From the NCBI RefSeq assembly GCF_017348835.2, contig NZ_CP071375.1: DNA of 64,000 nt; one strand, given 5' to 3'. The first letter of the stretch is position 1. Every line of letters starts with the position of its first letter. Source of the stretch: Escherichia coli (GTDB taxonomy: Bacteria; Pseudomonadota; Gammaproteobacteria; Enterobacterales; Enterobacteriaceae). The notes below the pieces were generated by a model. It was not told where the DNA came from and made no database searches. It saw nothing but the letters and a program-made list of their open reading frames with translations. Positions 45,803-59,851 of the stretch are shown in pieces. Made by a program: the position numbers and the translations under genes.

Positions 45803-46843
45803 ATGCAATATCACCGTATACCCCACAGTTCGCTGGAAGTCAGCACGCTGGGGCTTGGCACGATGACGTTTGGTGAACAGAACAGCGAAGCCGACGCCCA
45901 CGCACAACTCGACTATGCCGTCGCTCAGGGCATTAACCTTATCGACGTTGCCGAAATGTACCCAGTACCTCCGCGCCCCGAAACGCAAGGGTTAACCGAA
46001 ACCTACGTCGGCAACTGGCTGGCGAAACATGGCAGCCGCGAAAAGTTAATTATCGCCTCCAAAGTGAGCGGACCGTCGCGCAATAATGACAAGGGCATCC
46101 GCCCGGATCAGGCGCTGGATCGGAAGAATATCCGCGAAGCGTTGCATGACAGCCTCAAGCGTCTGCAGACTGATTACCTCGATCTTTATCAGGTGCACTG
46201 GCCGCAGCGCCCAACCAACTGCTTCGGCAAACTCGGTTATAGCTGGACAGATTCTGCGCCTGCGGTTTCGCTGCTGGATACGCTGGACGCACTGGCAGAG
46301 TACCAACGAGCGGGAAAAATTCGTTATATCGGCGTGTCGAACGAAACTGCATTTGGCGTAATGCGCTACCTGCATCTGGCGGACAAACACGATCTGCCGC
46401 GTATTGTCACCATTCAGAACCCTTACAGTCTGTTAAACCGCAGTTTTGAAGTAGGTCTGGCAGAAGTCAGCCAGTATGAAGGGGTCGAACTGCTGGCCTA
46501 TTCGTGCCTGGGTTTCGGCACGCTGACCGGGAAATATCTCAACGGTGCAAAACCCGCTGGCGCACGTAATACGCTCTTTAGTCGGTTCACCCGCTATAGC
46601 GGTGAGCAAACGCAAAAAGCCGTCGCGGCGTATGTTGATATCGCCAGACGTCATGGCCTGGATCCTGCTCAGATGGCGCTCGCTTTTGTACGTCGTCAAC
46701 CGTTTGTTGCCAGCACTCTGCTGGGCGCAACCACGATGGAGCAGCTGAAAACTAACGTCGAAAGTTTGCATCTGGAGTTGAGCGAAGACGTATTAGCTGA
46801 AATTGAAGCGGTGCATCAGGTTTATACGTATCCTGCACCATAA
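45803..46843 (+). CDS. tas: NADP(H)-dependent aldo-keto reductase Tas (YgdS), 346 aa
   Basis: 346-aa aldo-keto reductase ORF; matches Tas. Confidence 0.9.
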   Translation: MQYHRIPHSSLEVSTLGLGTMTFGEQNSEADAHAQLDYAVAQGINLIDVAEMYPVPPRPETQGLTETYVGNWLAKHGSREKLIIASKVSGPSRNNDKGIRPDQALDRKNIREALHDSLKRLQTDYLDLYQVHWPQRPTNCFGKLGYSWTDSAPAVSLLDTLDALAEYQRAGKIRYIGVSNETAFGVMRYLHLADKHDLPRIVTIQNPYSLLNRSFEVGLAEVSQYEGVELLAYSCLGFGTLTGKYLNGAKPAGARNTLFSRFTRYSGEQTQKAVAAYVDIARRHGLDPAQMALAFVRRQPFVASTLLGATTMEQLKTNVESLHLELSEDVLAEIEAVHQVYTYPAP

Positions 46844-46846
46844 GAT

Positions 46847-46870
46847 TAACGCCGGTTAAAACCGGCGTTA
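46847..46870. terminator. Bidirectional hairpin terminator between convergent tas and lplT
   Basis: Seen in sequence: perfect inverted repeat AACGCCGGTT-AAA-AACCGGCGTT, flanked by A/T. Confidence 0.6.
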
Positions 46871-46874
46871 AATA

Positions 46875-50241
<3,367 letters not shown>

Positions 50242-50307
50242 TCAGTAAAAGCGAATGGAGGGAGATTACACGAGATAAAGAACGCGAGCGACAGTAAATT
50301 AGGTGCG

Positions 50308-50389
50308 AAAAAAAACCTGCGCATCTGCGCAGGCTGGTGTAATTCATGTGCTCAACCCGAAGTTGACTTCACCTATCAATACCTCTGGG
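50308..50389 (-). ncRNA. omrB: Omr-family small RNA, OmrB-like (OmpR-regulated, Hfq-dependent); single copy
   Basis: Minus-strand sequence CCCAGAGGTATTGATAGGTGAAGTCAACTTCGGGTTGAGCACATGAATTACACCAGCCTGCGCAGATGCGCAGGTTTTTTTT (hairpin + T8) matches my recollection of OmrB; located between aas and galR. Confidence 0.8.
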
Positions 50390-50603
50390 ATCACCACTTT
50401 AGCAACCTGAAGCCAAACGCCACCAGCGGTCAATCGCAACAGCGTTTCGCAAAGTGTAACCAAAGGTTTGCAATCTCTTTTTTTGTCTTACTTATTTGCG
50501 TTTGGCTCACATTCCCACTGATGAAAACACACCGCCCCTTGAACCAACGGGCGTTTTCCGTAACACTGAAAGAATGTAAGCGTTTACCCACTAAGGTATT
50601 TTC

Positions 50604-51635
50604 ATGGCGACCATAAAGGATGTAGCCCGACTGGCAGGCGTTTCAGTCGCCACCGTTTCCCGCGTCATTAATAATTCACCCAAAGCCAGCGAAGCTTCCC
50701 GGCTGGCTGTGCATAGTGCAATGGAGTCTCTTAGCTATCACCCGAACGCCAACGCCCGTGCGCTGGCACAGCAGACCACTGAAACGGTCGGTCTGGTCGT
50801 TGGTGATGTTTCCGATCCGTTTTTCGGTGCAATGGTGAAAGCGGTCGAACAGGTGGCTTATCACACCGGTAATTTTTTATTGATTGGCAACGGTTACCAC
50901 AACGAACAAAAAGAGCGTCAGGCTATTGAGCAACTGATCCGCCATCGCTGTGCTGCGTTGGTCGTCCATGCAAAAATGATACCGGATGCCGATTTAGCCT
51001 CATTAATGAAACAAATGCCCGGTATGGTGCTGATCAACCGTATCCTGCCTGGCTTTGAAAACCGTTGTATTGCTCTGGACGATCGTTACGGTGCCTGGCT
51101 GGCTACGCGTCATTTAATTCAGCAAGGTCATACCCGCATTGGTTATCTGTGCTCTAACCACTCTATTTCTGACGCCGAAGATCGTCTGCAAGGGTATTAC
51201 GATGCCCTTGCTGAAAGTGGTATTGCGGCCAATGACCGGCTGGTGACATTTGGCGAACCAGACGAAAGCGGCGGCGAACAGGCAATGACCGAGCTTTTGG
51301 GACGAGGAAGAAATTTCACTGCGGTAGCCTGTTATAACGATTCAATGGCGGCGGGTGCGATGGGCGTTCTCAATGATAATGGTATTGATGTACCGGGCGA
51401 AATTTCGTTAATTGGCTTTGATGATGTGCTGGTGTCACGCTATGTGCGCCCGCGCCTGACCACCGTGCGTTATCCAATCGTGACGATGGCGACCCAGGCT
51501 GCCGAACTGGCTTTGGCGCTGGCGGATAATCGCCCTCTCCCGGAAATCACTAATGTCTTTAGTCCGACGCTGGTACGTCGCCATTCAGTGTCAACTCCGT
51601 CGCTGGAGGCAAGTCATCATGCAACCAGCGACTAA
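50604..51635 (+). CDS. galR: Galactose repressor GalR (LacI family), 343 aa
   Basis: 343-aa ORF with N-terminal LacI-type HTH (MATIKDVARLAGVSVATVSRVIN); matches GalR. Confidence 0.95.
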   Translation: MATIKDVARLAGVSVATVSRVINNSPKASEASRLAVHSAMESLSYHPNANARALAQQTTETVGLVVGDVSDPFFGAMVKAVEQVAYHTGNFLLIGNGYHNEQKERQAIEQLIRHRCAALVVHAKMIPDADLASLMKQMPGMVLINRILPGFENRCIALDDRYGAWLATRHLIQQGHTRIGYLCSNHSISDAEDRLQGYYDALAESGIAANDRLVTFGEPDESGGEQAMTELLGRGRNFTAVACYNDSMAAGAMGVLNDNGIDVPGEISLIGFDDVLVSRYVRPRLTTVRYPIVTMATQAAELALALADNRPLPEITNVFSPTLVRRHSVSTPSLEASHHATSD

Positions 51636-51641
51636 CCGCAG

Positions 51642-52904
51642 TTAAAGCAATTCCAGCGCCAGTAATTCTTCGATGGTCTGGCGACGGCGAATCAACCGCG
51701 CCTGACCATTATCAAACAGAACTTCTGGTAACAGCGGACGGCTGTTGTAGTTGGATGACATTGATGCGCCATATGCCCCTGTATCATGCAGTACCAGATA
51801 ATCACCCGCCTTCACTTCCGGCAAGGCGCGGGTTTCGACATTTCCCCCTTCCTGCTGGGTAAAGACATCGCCCGATTCACATAACGGCCCGGCGACGACG
51901 GTTTCCACCGTTGGCGCGTGTTCCAGAGAACGACCATCAGCGGCCAGGGCACTGATATGGTGGTAACTACCGTACATTGCCGGGCGCATCAGATCGTTGA
52001 ACCCGGCATCAACCAGCACAAAGTGGCGGCTACCCATTTGTTTGACGCTCCGCACCTGAGTAATTAATACGCCAGACTGCGCTACCAGGAAGCGACCCGG
52101 TTCAATTTCCAGTTTCACAGGGTGGCCCAAATGGCGAGCGATTTGCTCACGCGCGGCATTCCACAGACCATAATAATGTTCGGTATCAACCGCCTCTTCA
52201 CCCTGTTGATAAGGAACAGAAAGCCCACCGCCCGCAGAAATAGCCTGTAAATCCTGACCGAATTCGAGGACCTGACGCACCATCGCACCACACACCTGCT
52301 CCAGATGGGCATAATCAACGCCAGAACCAATGTGCATGTGAATGCCGACCAGCTGCAGATGATGACGTTGTATCACGTCCAGTGCGGCGGGCAGATCGGT
52401 GTACCAGATACCGTGCTTGCTATTTTCGCCACCGGTATTGGTTTTTTGGCTATGTCCGTGACCAAACCCCGGGTTAACGCGCAGCCATACCCGATGCCCT
52501 GGCGAAACCTGGCCCAGTTGGTCGAGCATATCAACAGAACCCGCATTCACCGGAATTTGCAATTCACTGACGCGTTCAAGCGTCGCCTGATCGATAACAT
52601 CTGCCGTAAAAACAATATCATCGGGGTGTGTTTGCGGATTGTAACCCGCCGCCAACGCACGCTCTATTTCGCCTAACGAGACGGAATCCACTTTCACGCC
52701 CTGCTCACGCATTAAGCGCAAAATATGAATATTGGAACAGGCTTTCTGAGCAAAGCGCACCACATCAAACTGTTTCAGCGCTGCAATCTGCCGACGAATA
52801 ATTTGCGCATCGTAGACCCACACCGGGCAGCCAAATTCAGCGGGCAAACGCAGCAGATTTTCGGCGGTGAGAGCGGTATCGGTGCTGAACAGTGAATGTG
52901 GCAT
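51642..52904 (-). CDS. lysA: Diaminopimelate decarboxylase, 420 aa
   Basis: 420-aa ORF; matches LysA; divergent from lysR. Confidence 0.95.
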   Translation of the reverse strand: MPHSLFSTDTALTAENLLRLPAEFGCPVWVYDAQIIRRQIAALKQFDVVRFAQKACSNIHILRLMREQGVKVDSVSLGEIERALAAGYNPQTHPDDIVFTADVIDQATLERVSELQIPVNAGSVDMLDQLGQVSPGHRVWLRVNPGFGHGHSQKTNTGGENSKHGIWYTDLPAALDVIQRHHLQLVGIHMHIGSGVDYAHLEQVCGAMVRQVLEFGQDLQAISAGGGLSVPYQQGEEAVDTEHYYGLWNAAREQIARHLGHPVKLEIEPGRFLVAQSGVLITQVRSVKQMGSRHFVLVDAGFNDLMRPAMYGSYHHISALAADGRSLEHAPTVETVVAGPLCESGDVFTQQEGGNVETRALPEVKAGDYLVLHDTGAYGASMSSNYNSRPLLPEVLFDNGQARLIRRRQTIEELLALELL

Positions 52905-52924
52905 AGCAAACTCCAGATAAGTGC

Positions 52925-52954
52925 TTTTTTATGATTACGCCACATCATAAAAAG
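52925..52954. promoter_or_regulatory. Candidate LysR operator in the lysA-lysR divergent promoter region (9-bp perfect inverted repeat)
   Basis: Seen in sequence: TTTTATGAT-tacgccac-ATCATAAAA between the two divergent start codons. Assignment to LysR is inference. Confidence 0.4.
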
Positions 52955-53025
52955 AATAAAAAATATCGATTTATGTCGAGTCTATGCAAAAATGATATGG
53001 ATTACCGGATTGCGAGAGAGCGCTA

Positions 53026-53961
53026 ATGGCCGCCGTTAACTTACGTCATATTGAAATTTTTCATGCGGTAATGACCGCCGGAAGCCTGACTGAGGCAGCA
53101 CACCTGCTACACACCTCACAGCCAACCGTCAGCCGCGAACTGGCGCGCTTTGAGAAGGTGATCGGGCTGAAATTGTTTGAGCGCGTACGTGGACGATTAC
53201 ATCCTACCGTGCAAGGACTGCGTCTGTTTGAAGAAGTGCAACGATCCTGGTACGGACTGGATCGCATTGTCAGCGCCGCAGAAAGTCTGCGCGAGTTTCG
53301 CCAGGGAGAACTGTCTATTGCCTGCCTGCCGGTCTTTTCGCAATCTTTTTTACCGCAGCTCCTGCAACCCTTTCTGGCACGTTATCCCGATGTCAGCTTA
53401 AATATCGTGCCCCAGGAATCACCGCTACTTGAAGAGTGGCTCTCGGCCCAGCGTCATGATTTAGGACTCACTGAGACACTCCATACGCCTGCGGGAACAG
53501 AACGTACCGAATTACTCTCTTTAGATGAAGTGTGTGTGTTACCTCGGGGTCATCCGCTGGCGGTAAAAAAGGTATTAACGCCGGATGATTTTCAGGGTGA
53601 GAACTACATCAGCCTTTCCCGTACTGACAGCTATCGCCAGTTGCTGGATCAGCTATTTACTGAACATCAGGTTAAACGACGCATGATCGTAGAAACCCAC
53701 AGCGCCGCGTCAGTCTGCGCAATGGTACGGGCGGGGGTAGGTGTTTCGGTGGTTAACCCGCTCACCGCACTGGATTATGCGGCAAGCGGTTTAGTGGTGC
53801 GGAGGTTCAGTATTGCGGTTCCGTTCACCGTCAGCCTAATCCGCCCCCTGCACCGCCCGTCATCAGCACTGGTGCAGGCGTTTAGTGAGCATTTACAAGC
53901 GGGGTTACCGAAACTGGTCACTTCTCTTGACGCGATTTTGTCGTCAGCTACGACAGCATAA
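53026..53961 (+). CDS. lysR: LysR, transcriptional activator of lysA (LTTR), 311 aa
   Basis: 311-aa LTTR ORF; matches LysR. Confidence 0.95.
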
Positions 53962-54640
53962 AAGCGACAGCATCCTCGGCATGGATCGCCGCGGTATCAA
54001 ACACAGGCAAAACACTGCGCTCTTCTGGCACCAGTAAACCAATTTCTGTGCAGCCAAAAATGACGCCCTGTGCGCCCTGTTCTGCCAGGCGAGCAATCAC
54101 TTGCGCATAATAAGCGCGTGACGCTTCGGTAAATTGCCCCAGACACAGTTCTTCAAAAATAATCTGATTAATTTTCGCCCGTTCATCCGCTTCAGGAATA
54201 AGACAATTGATGGAAAATTGTTCCGTCAGCCGCCCGCGATAAAAATCCTGTTCCATGGTGTAACGCGTACCCAGCAGCGCCACACGAGTCATTCCGGCCC
54301 CGGTAATTGCACGTCCGGTGGCATCCGCAATGTGTAAGAAAGGCAGAGAGCAACGAGACTCTATAGCATCCGCCACTTTGTGCATCGTATTGGTACATAA
54401 CACAATGCCTTCTGCGCCCGCCCGCTGTAAGCCAAGCGCCGCCTCAGCCAGAATATCCCCGGTTTTGTCCCACTCACCGCGACGCTGGCACTCTTCTATT
54501 TCATGAAAATCGACGCTATGTAGCAGCACTTGCGCAGAGTGAAGCCCACCAAGCCGCTGTTTAATGCCTTCATTTATCAAACGATAGTAAGGAATAGTGG
54601 ATTCCCAGCTCATTCCTCCCAGCAAACCAATTGTTTTCAT
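53948..54640 (-). CDS. ygeA: Asp/Glu racemase-family protein YgeA, 230 aa
   Basis: Start at 54640 gives [24 protein letters not shown]; matches YgeA; the track's 355-aa form is an upstream extension. Confidence 0.85.
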
Positions 54641-54768
54641 TCCTCTCTCCTGATGTGTGTTACCGCAACAAGGCTGAATAAGGAACGAGACAAACGCCTC
54701 AACGGCCAGGTGCCCAATCTCTATTAACGAAAAAAGGGCCGGATGTACAGCACATCCGGCCCGTGAAA

Positions 54769-56187
54769 TCAGACGCCGATATTTCTCAACTTCTCGCCTG
54801 CCATCAGTTTGCGTTCGATATGTTCCAGGGTGACATTTTTGGTTTCCGGAATGAGCCAGAAAGTGATGCCCACAAACGCAATGTTCAGCGCAGTGTAGAG
54901 CCAGAACGTACCGGCAGCGCCAATGCTGTCGAGCAGCGTCAGGAAGGTCGCGCCGATAATCATATTCGACACCCAGTTCGTGGTGGTCGAACAGGTAATA
55001 CCGAAATCGCGGCATTTCAGCGGCTGAATTTCAGAGCACAGGATCCACACCACTGGCGCGGCGCTCATCGCATAACCGGCAATACACATCATCGTCATGC
55101 CAACAGAGAGCCAGGACAAGCCACTGGAAGCCGTACCGTTATCAAACTGCATCAGGCAATAGCCCAGCACCAGAGTGCCTAACGCCATCACGCTGAAACC
55201 AATTTTCAGAGCCGGTTTACGACCTGCTTTATCTACCGTAAACACCGCAATGAAGGTCGCGAACATAAAGGTCAGCCCCACGACCAGAGTCGCAATCATC
55301 TGTTGTTCTGTGGTCGTAAAGCCCGCCATTTTGAAGATACGCGGCGCGTAGTACATGATGATGTTCATACCGGTAAACTGCTGCATCGCCTGCAACAACA
55401 TACCGAGAAACACAGCACGACGGACGTTACGGTTGATCTTAAACAGTGCCCAACCGCCCTGTTTTAACTTCAGGCTTTCACGAATTTCGTTGAGTTCTTC
55501 TCGCGCTTTTTCCGACGTATCGCGCAGCATACGCAACACTTCTTCCGCCTCAATATGACGCCCCTTTTCCGCCAGCCAGCGCGGGCTATTTGGCAGGAAG
55601 ACCACCAGAATAATCAGCAGGACTGCTGGTAAAGCAAGAACCCCCAACATTGCGCGCCAGTTACCGCTATAACTGAACGCTGTATCGGATAAAAACGCCA
55701 GCACAATGCCGAGTGTGACCATCAACTGGTACATGCTGATCATCTTACCGCGAACGTTTTCACTTGCCATTTCAGAAAGATACAGAGGAGCGGTGTAAGA
55801 CGCGATCCCGACAGCAATGCCCAGCACCACACGAGCGGCGATTAACATCTCTACGCTGGTCGCAAAAGCGGACCCTATCGAACCGAGTACAAACAGGATG
55901 GCCCCCGCCATCAGGCTGTATTTGCGCCCCAGGCGGAACGACAGCCAACCATTAAACAGCGCACCAATTGCTGCACCGAGCATCATGCTACTGACCACCC
56001 ATTCCTGCAAACGACTGGTCAGCACAAAGTGATCGGTAATGAACGGCAACGCTCCGGCGATTACGCCGATATCAAGACCAAATAACAATCCTGCGACCGC
56101 AGCAGCTACCGAAACAAACATATTCATACGCCGCGTATCCCGCAAAGAACGTGGCGTTAAAGCAGATTCCGTATTGATAGTAACCAT
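54769..56187 (-). CDS. araE: Arabinose:H+ symporter (MFS sugar porter), 472 aa
   Basis: Start at 56187 gives [30 protein letters not shown]; 472-aa product matches AraE. Confidence 0.95.
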
Positions 56188-56246
56188 TTTTTCCTGCCAG
56201 CAGAGAGTAAGACATAGTGAAAAAATACGTGAACAACTCACACAGG

Positions 56247-56285
56247 TGTCAGGTCGGAAACAGCATAAATATGGATTAAATTGCT
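56247..56285 (-). promoter_or_regulatory. AraC binding site (araI1/I2-like direct half-sites) of the araE promoter
   Basis: Minus-strand AGCAATTTAATCCATAT-TTAT-GCTGTTTCCGACCTGAC closely resembles araBAD I1 (TAGCATTTTTATCCATA) and I2 (…CCTACCTGAC); lies about 60-100 bp upstream of the araE ATG. Confidence 0.55.
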
Positions 56286-56455
56286 GCGACATGTCGTTAT
56301 GTGATGGATATTCCAATTTTCAAATTAAGTTGAATTATTGAGATTATTATTAACTACCTAATTTTACAGCAGATAAAATTCATAAAGTTCATTAATTGAT
56401 AATTGATATGGATTACTTCATAACCATGATATGGATTATGATGATCTACAGATAT

Positions 56456-56479
56456 AAAAAACCCTGCCATGCGGCAGGG
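56456..56479 (-). terminator. Rho-independent terminator downstream of kduD
   Basis: Seen in sequence: CCCTGCC-ATGC-GGCAGGG hairpin with a T6 run on the minus strand (plus-strand A6 at 56456-56461). Confidence 0.6.
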
Positions 56480-56501
56480 TCATAAAAGTAAGAAGAATGA
56501 A

Positions 56502-57263
56502 TTAACGCGCCAGCCAACCGCCATCCACGGCAATGGTATAACCATTCACATAATCTGAAGCGCTGGAGGCAAGGAACACTACCGGCCCCATCAGATCACT
56601 CGGCAGTCCCCAACGGCCAGCTGGAATGCGGTCGAGAATTTCCGCGCTACGTTGTTCATCTGCCCGTAGTTGTTGAGTATTGTTGGTCGCCATGTAACCC
56701 GGAGCTATCGCATTAACATTAATGTTGTGTTTAGCCCATTCGTTCGCCATCAAACGCGTCACGCCCATCACACCGCTTTTTGATGCGGTATAAGAAGGCA
56801 CACGGATCCCGCCCTGGAAGGAGAGCATTGACGCGATATTGATAATCTTGCCGCCATTGCCTTGCGCGATAAAGTGTTTCGCCGCTGCCTGAGACATGAA
56901 GAATACGCTCTTGATATTCAGGTTCATGACATCGTCCCAGTCTTTTTCGCTGAACTCGAGAGCATCTTCGCGGCGAATCAATCCGGCGTTATTCACCAGG
57001 ATATCAATATGACCAAACTCAGCTACCGCGCGATCCAGCAGTGCTGGAATGCCATCAATCTTTCGCAGATCGGCGGTCAGGCTTAAAAAACGACGCCCCA
57101 GCACCGTGACCTGCTTGATGGTTTCAGTCGGTTCAACGATGTTAATGCCAACAATGTCACAGCCCGCTTGCGCCAGCCCCAACGCCATCCCCTGGCCCAG
57201 TCCAGTATCACAACCAGTGACGACCGCAACTTTACCTTCGAGAGAAAATGCACTTAAAATCAT
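56502..57263 (-). CDS. kduD: 2-dehydro-3-deoxy-D-gluconate 5-dehydrogenase (SDR), 253 aa
   Basis: 253-aa short-chain dehydrogenase ORF (GxxxGxG, YxxxK); matches KduD. Confidence 0.95.
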   Translation of the reverse strand: MILSAFSLEGKVAVVTGCDTGLGQGMALGLAQAGCDIVGINIVEPTETIKQVTVLGRRFLSLTADLRKIDGIPALLDRAVAEFGHIDILVNNAGLIRREDALEFSEKDWDDVMNLNIKSVFFMSQAAAKHFIAQGNGGKIINIASMLSFQGGIRVPSYTASKSGVMGVTRLMANEWAKHNINVNAIAPGYMATNNTQQLRADEQRSAEILDRIPAGRWGLPSDLMGPVVFLASSASDYVNGYTIAVDGGWLAR

Positions 57264-57292
57264 AACAATACCTTATTCGTTTATGCCCACAA

Positions 57293-58129
57293 CTAGCGCA
57301 AATCTTTAACGGCCACATGGTCCATATCATCAAAGACCTGGTTTTCACCGACCATGCCCCAGATAAAGGTATAAGCTTTGGTTCCGACGCCGGAATGGAT
57401 CGACCAGCTCGGGGAGATCACCGCCTGCTCGTTATGCATTACAATATGACGCGTTTCTTGCGGCTGCCCCATCATGTGGAAAACGCAGGCGTCATCATCC
57501 ATATTGAAATAGAAATAAACTTCCATCCGGCGCTCGTGAGTGTGACACGGCATGGTGTTCCACAAGTTACCTGGAGCCAGCTCCGTCAGCCCCATACTCA
57601 ATTGGCAGGTTTCCAGCACATCCGGGACAAAATATTTGTTAATTGTGCGACGGTTACTGGTGAGGTTATCGCCTAACGTGACTGGAGATACTTCGTCCGG
57701 TGTGACTTTTTTGGTGGGATACGTCGTATGCGCAGGTGCGCAATTGTAATAAAACTTTGCCGGAGTGGCGGTATCAATACTGGCAAAGACAACTTCTTTT
57801 GCACCTTTACCAACATACAGGGCGTCGCGGTGACCGATTTCATAGCATTGACCATCGACAGTAATCGTACCGGCACCGCCAATATTGATAACACCTAACT
57901 CGCGACGTTCAAGGAAATAGCTTACGCCGAGTTGTTTACCAACTTCCCCGCCAACGGAAACCGTTTTAGTTACCGGCATAATGCCGCCAACAATAATTCG
58001 GTCAATGTGGCTGTAAACCATGGTGTACTCATCGGCGACAAATACCTTTTCAACCAAAAATTCATTGCGCAGCCCTTGGGTATCCAGTGTTTTTGCGTGC
58101 GCACTGTGGATGCTCTGTCTTACGTCCAC
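57293..58129 (-). CDS. kduI: 5-dehydro-4-deoxy-D-glucuronate isomerase, 278 aa
   Basis: 278-aa ORF; matches KduI; 29 bp upstream of kduD. Confidence 0.95.
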
Positions 58130-58238
58130 ATCAACCTCCGATAATCAGTGAAGCGTGAAAATAGAAAACGATAGTGAAACACTGTTTCGTTTTCTCTATA
58201 AGGGGATGATATGCCCATGGGATAGGGTTTTCAATTAA

Positions 58239-58257
58239 AAATAAAACAATGTTTCAT
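58239..58257. promoter_or_regulatory. KdgR-type operator upstream of kduI
   Basis: Seen in sequence: AATAAAACAATGTTTCATT, a near-perfect palindrome about 110 bp upstream of the kduI start, fitting the KdgR box consensus AATRAAAYRNYRTTTYATT as I recall it. Confidence 0.55.
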
Positions 58258-58415
58258 TTTTAAGTTAAGGATTAAAAAAAGTGCAGTGTCGATCACGAAT
58301 ATGTCATGAGAATGGAAAAATCAGGGAGTCCTGAAAAGGTATGTCGACTCACCAGCCATCATTATTCAACAGATTAATGACGGCAGATATTTATCGGTAA
58401 AGAGGAAATGCAGAG

Positions 58416-59597
58416 CTACTCGTCACGTTCAATGGTCAATGCTACGCCCTGGCCCCCGCCGATACAAAGCGTTGCCAGTCCTTTGCGGGCATTACGTTTC
58501 ACCATTTCATGAACCAGAGAAACCAGGATTCGGCAACCGGAAGCGCCTATCGGGTGACCGAGTGCGATCGCGCCACCATTGACATTGACCCGACGCTCAT
58601 CCCATTCAAGCATCTTGCCAACCGAAAGCGCCTGTGCAGCAAACGCTTCATTCGCCTCGATAAGATCGACATCAGCCAACTGCCAGCCTACACGCTCCAG
58701 GCAACGGCGGGTCGCATACACCGGCGCAATTCCCATCAATGCCGGATCTACACCAACGCTGGCAAATGCGCGGATGCGGGCCAGCACGGGTAAATTCAAC
58801 GCTCGTGCTTTGGCTTCGCTCATCATCATTACCGCAGCTGCGCCATCGTTTATGGATGATGCATTACCCGCTGTCACAGAACCGAGACTATCAAATGAAG
58901 GATTTAAACGGGCTAAACCTTCTGCACTGGCGTCAGTGCGTGGCTGTTCATCGGTATCAACAACCAACGTCTGACCGTTACTTTGGGTCATTACCGGGAC
59001 GATCTCATCTTTAAATCGTCCGGCGTCAATCGCTGCACGCGCTTTTTGTTGCGAGCTAAGTGCATAAGCATCCTGCAACTGACGGCTGATGCCATATTCG
59101 CGAGCCAGATTTTCGGCGGTGACACCAATATGATAATCATTGAAGGCATCCCACAACCCATCGTGCACAAGACTATCAACCAACTGGCTATTGCCAAGCT
59201 GTGCACCGGTGCGGCTATCAGTCAGAACATGTGGTGCGCGGCTCATGTTTTCCTGGCCACCGGCGATGACAATATCAGCCTCGCCACACTGTATCGCCTG
59301 AGTAGCCAGATGCAGTGCTTTAAGCCCGGAACCGCAAACGTCATTAATAGTGATTGCAGAAACGCTATTAGGCAGACCACCTTTAATAGCCGATTGCCTT
59401 GCAGGATTCTGCCCTGCCCCTGCAGTCAACACCTGACCAAGAATCACTTCATCCACCGCATATGCAGGAACGCCGGTACGTTCTATTAACGCTTTCACGA
59501 CCAGGCTGCCAAGTTCCACGGCGGAATGACCCGCTAACGCACCACGAAAGCAGCCGATAGGTGTCCGTAACGCCCCGACAATCACAACGTCTTTCAT
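58416..59597 (-). CDS. yqeF: Thiolase-family acetyl-CoA C-acetyltransferase YqeF, 393 aa
   Basis: 393-aa thiolase ORF with catalytic Cys (NDVCGSGLKA) and C-terminal CIGGGQGVA motif; matches YqeF. Confidence 0.9.
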   Translation of the reverse strand: MKDVVIVGALRTPIGCFRGALAGHSAVELGSLVVKALIERTGVPAYAVDEVILGQVLTAGAGQNPARQSAIKGGLPNSVSAITINDVCGSGLKALHLATQAIQCGEADIVIAGGQENMSRAPHVLTDSRTGAQLGNSQLVDSLVHDGLWDAFNDYHIGVTAENLAREYGISRQLQDAYALSSQQKARAAIDAGRFKDEIVPVMTQSNGQTLVVDTDEQPRTDASAEGLARLNPSFDSLGSVTAGNASSINDGAAAVMMMSEAKARALNLPVLARIRAFASVGVDPALMGIAPVYATRRCLERVGWQLADVDLIEANEAFAAQALSVGKMLEWDERRVNVNGGAIALGHPIGASGCRILVSLVHEMVKRNARKGLATLCIGGGQGVALTIERDE

Positions 59598-59851
59598 CAC
59601 AACCTCGCACCAATTAACAGTGCAATAGTAAATGATTGTTAATTACAGTTATCTTAATTGTTTAAAAAAAGTGATTTTTATCACAAAGGAAATACGCCTG
59701 ACCAGCAGTCAGAGACATAACTGGCACGTAACGTTTGCAACCACTAACCCACCAATAGAGGGGTAGATAGGGCGTTAATCTCCCATACTTAACCTGGTTT
59801 ATGGTAAATTGCCCTCTATTTTGTTTAATTTGTAGATGATACGTTCAGATA

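Noticed and set aside
58983-59489. 168-aa plus-strand ORF inside yqeF
   Set aside because: Antisense to the thiolase gene; shadow ORF.
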